From the NCBI GenBank assembly GCA_963675595.2, contig CAXXLZ010000002.1:3232001-3296000 (forward strand): a stretch of 64,000 nucleotides of DNA. The letters are read 5' to 3'. Source of the stretch: Thermodesulfobacteriota bacterium. GTDB lineage: Bacteria > Desulfobacterota > Desulfarculia > JACQYL01. The position numbers were made by a program, and so were the translations under genes. Shown here piece by piece: positions 63,697-64,000 of the stretch. The number at the start of each line of letters is the position of its first letter. Within the stretch, counting starts at the first letter, position 1. Under the pieces are notes generated by a model. The model made no database searches and had not been told where the DNA came from. It saw nothing but the letters and a program-made list of their open reading frames with translations.

Positions 63697-64000
63697 AAGC
63701 TTGTATAGGTTTGTGTTCAAGTTGTCTCCACACTTAATGCATTATGCCGTATTGGTAATTTTATTGGGTTTTCTCGTGAGCTACCTGACGTCGTCCGTTT
63801 ATCCGGGAAAGATATTGCTTCCGAATACACCAATCAATCTGCCCGGATCGTCCTTTTCCATGGTCATGAAAGCAATGGACGTCGAGTTCTACAACGGGTC
63901 TCGGTTGGGGTTTTTAGAGGATCAAGCCATGGAAGTGACCGCGCGGGTCGACTTTCGGGATCAGGAAGGTCGGCCGTTAAAGGAAGCCGTTCTGGCCGTC

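Larger units (their letters stand above)
61510..64000 (+). pseudogene. ResB/CcsB-like membrane protein interrupted by an IS; continues past the window end
   Basis: S.RLTV.LL, SWFF..V.LL..L.LNT.VCT; removing 61821-63702 restores the frame ...SSFPSLYRFVFKLSPHLMHYAVLVILLGF.... Confidence 0.78.

Overview
GC-rich bacterial window, probably from a sulfate-reducing or syntrophic deltaproteobacterium (Desulfobacterota-like gene content; inferred). A core block (about 27.4-39.1 kb: tRNA-Pro, Mo/Se cofactor genes, epimerase, acyl-CoA ligase, MATE, alaC-hom-apgM, thioesterase, tRNA-fMet) separates two accessory regions. The left region holds a complete diversity-generating retroelement on the minus strand (target-HRDC-avd-RT-TR). 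Its 126-bp TR and VR differ at 25 positions, 24 of them template adenines, and it diversifies a secreted caspase-PEGA-FGE/CLec protein. A decayed second VR lies about 6.4 kb away. The left region also has an IS1111-type IS110 element and a group II intron, each inserted into adjacent copies of a REP-like hairpin family, plus inverted MITE-like repeats, decayed toxin-antitoxin modules and att-like copies of the tRNA-Pro 3' flank. The right region has a IIC intron, IS630, IS1380 and IS1182 elements and a cobalamin island with three B12 riboswitches (cbiZ, a beta-propeller gene, cobN plus a Gate protein, and a divergent CcsA/ResB-like pair). An unrecognised ~95-aa module (GIW...QTY...FLD) occurs seven times in four secreted proteins across the window. 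All alignments and counts were done by eye and no databases were searched.
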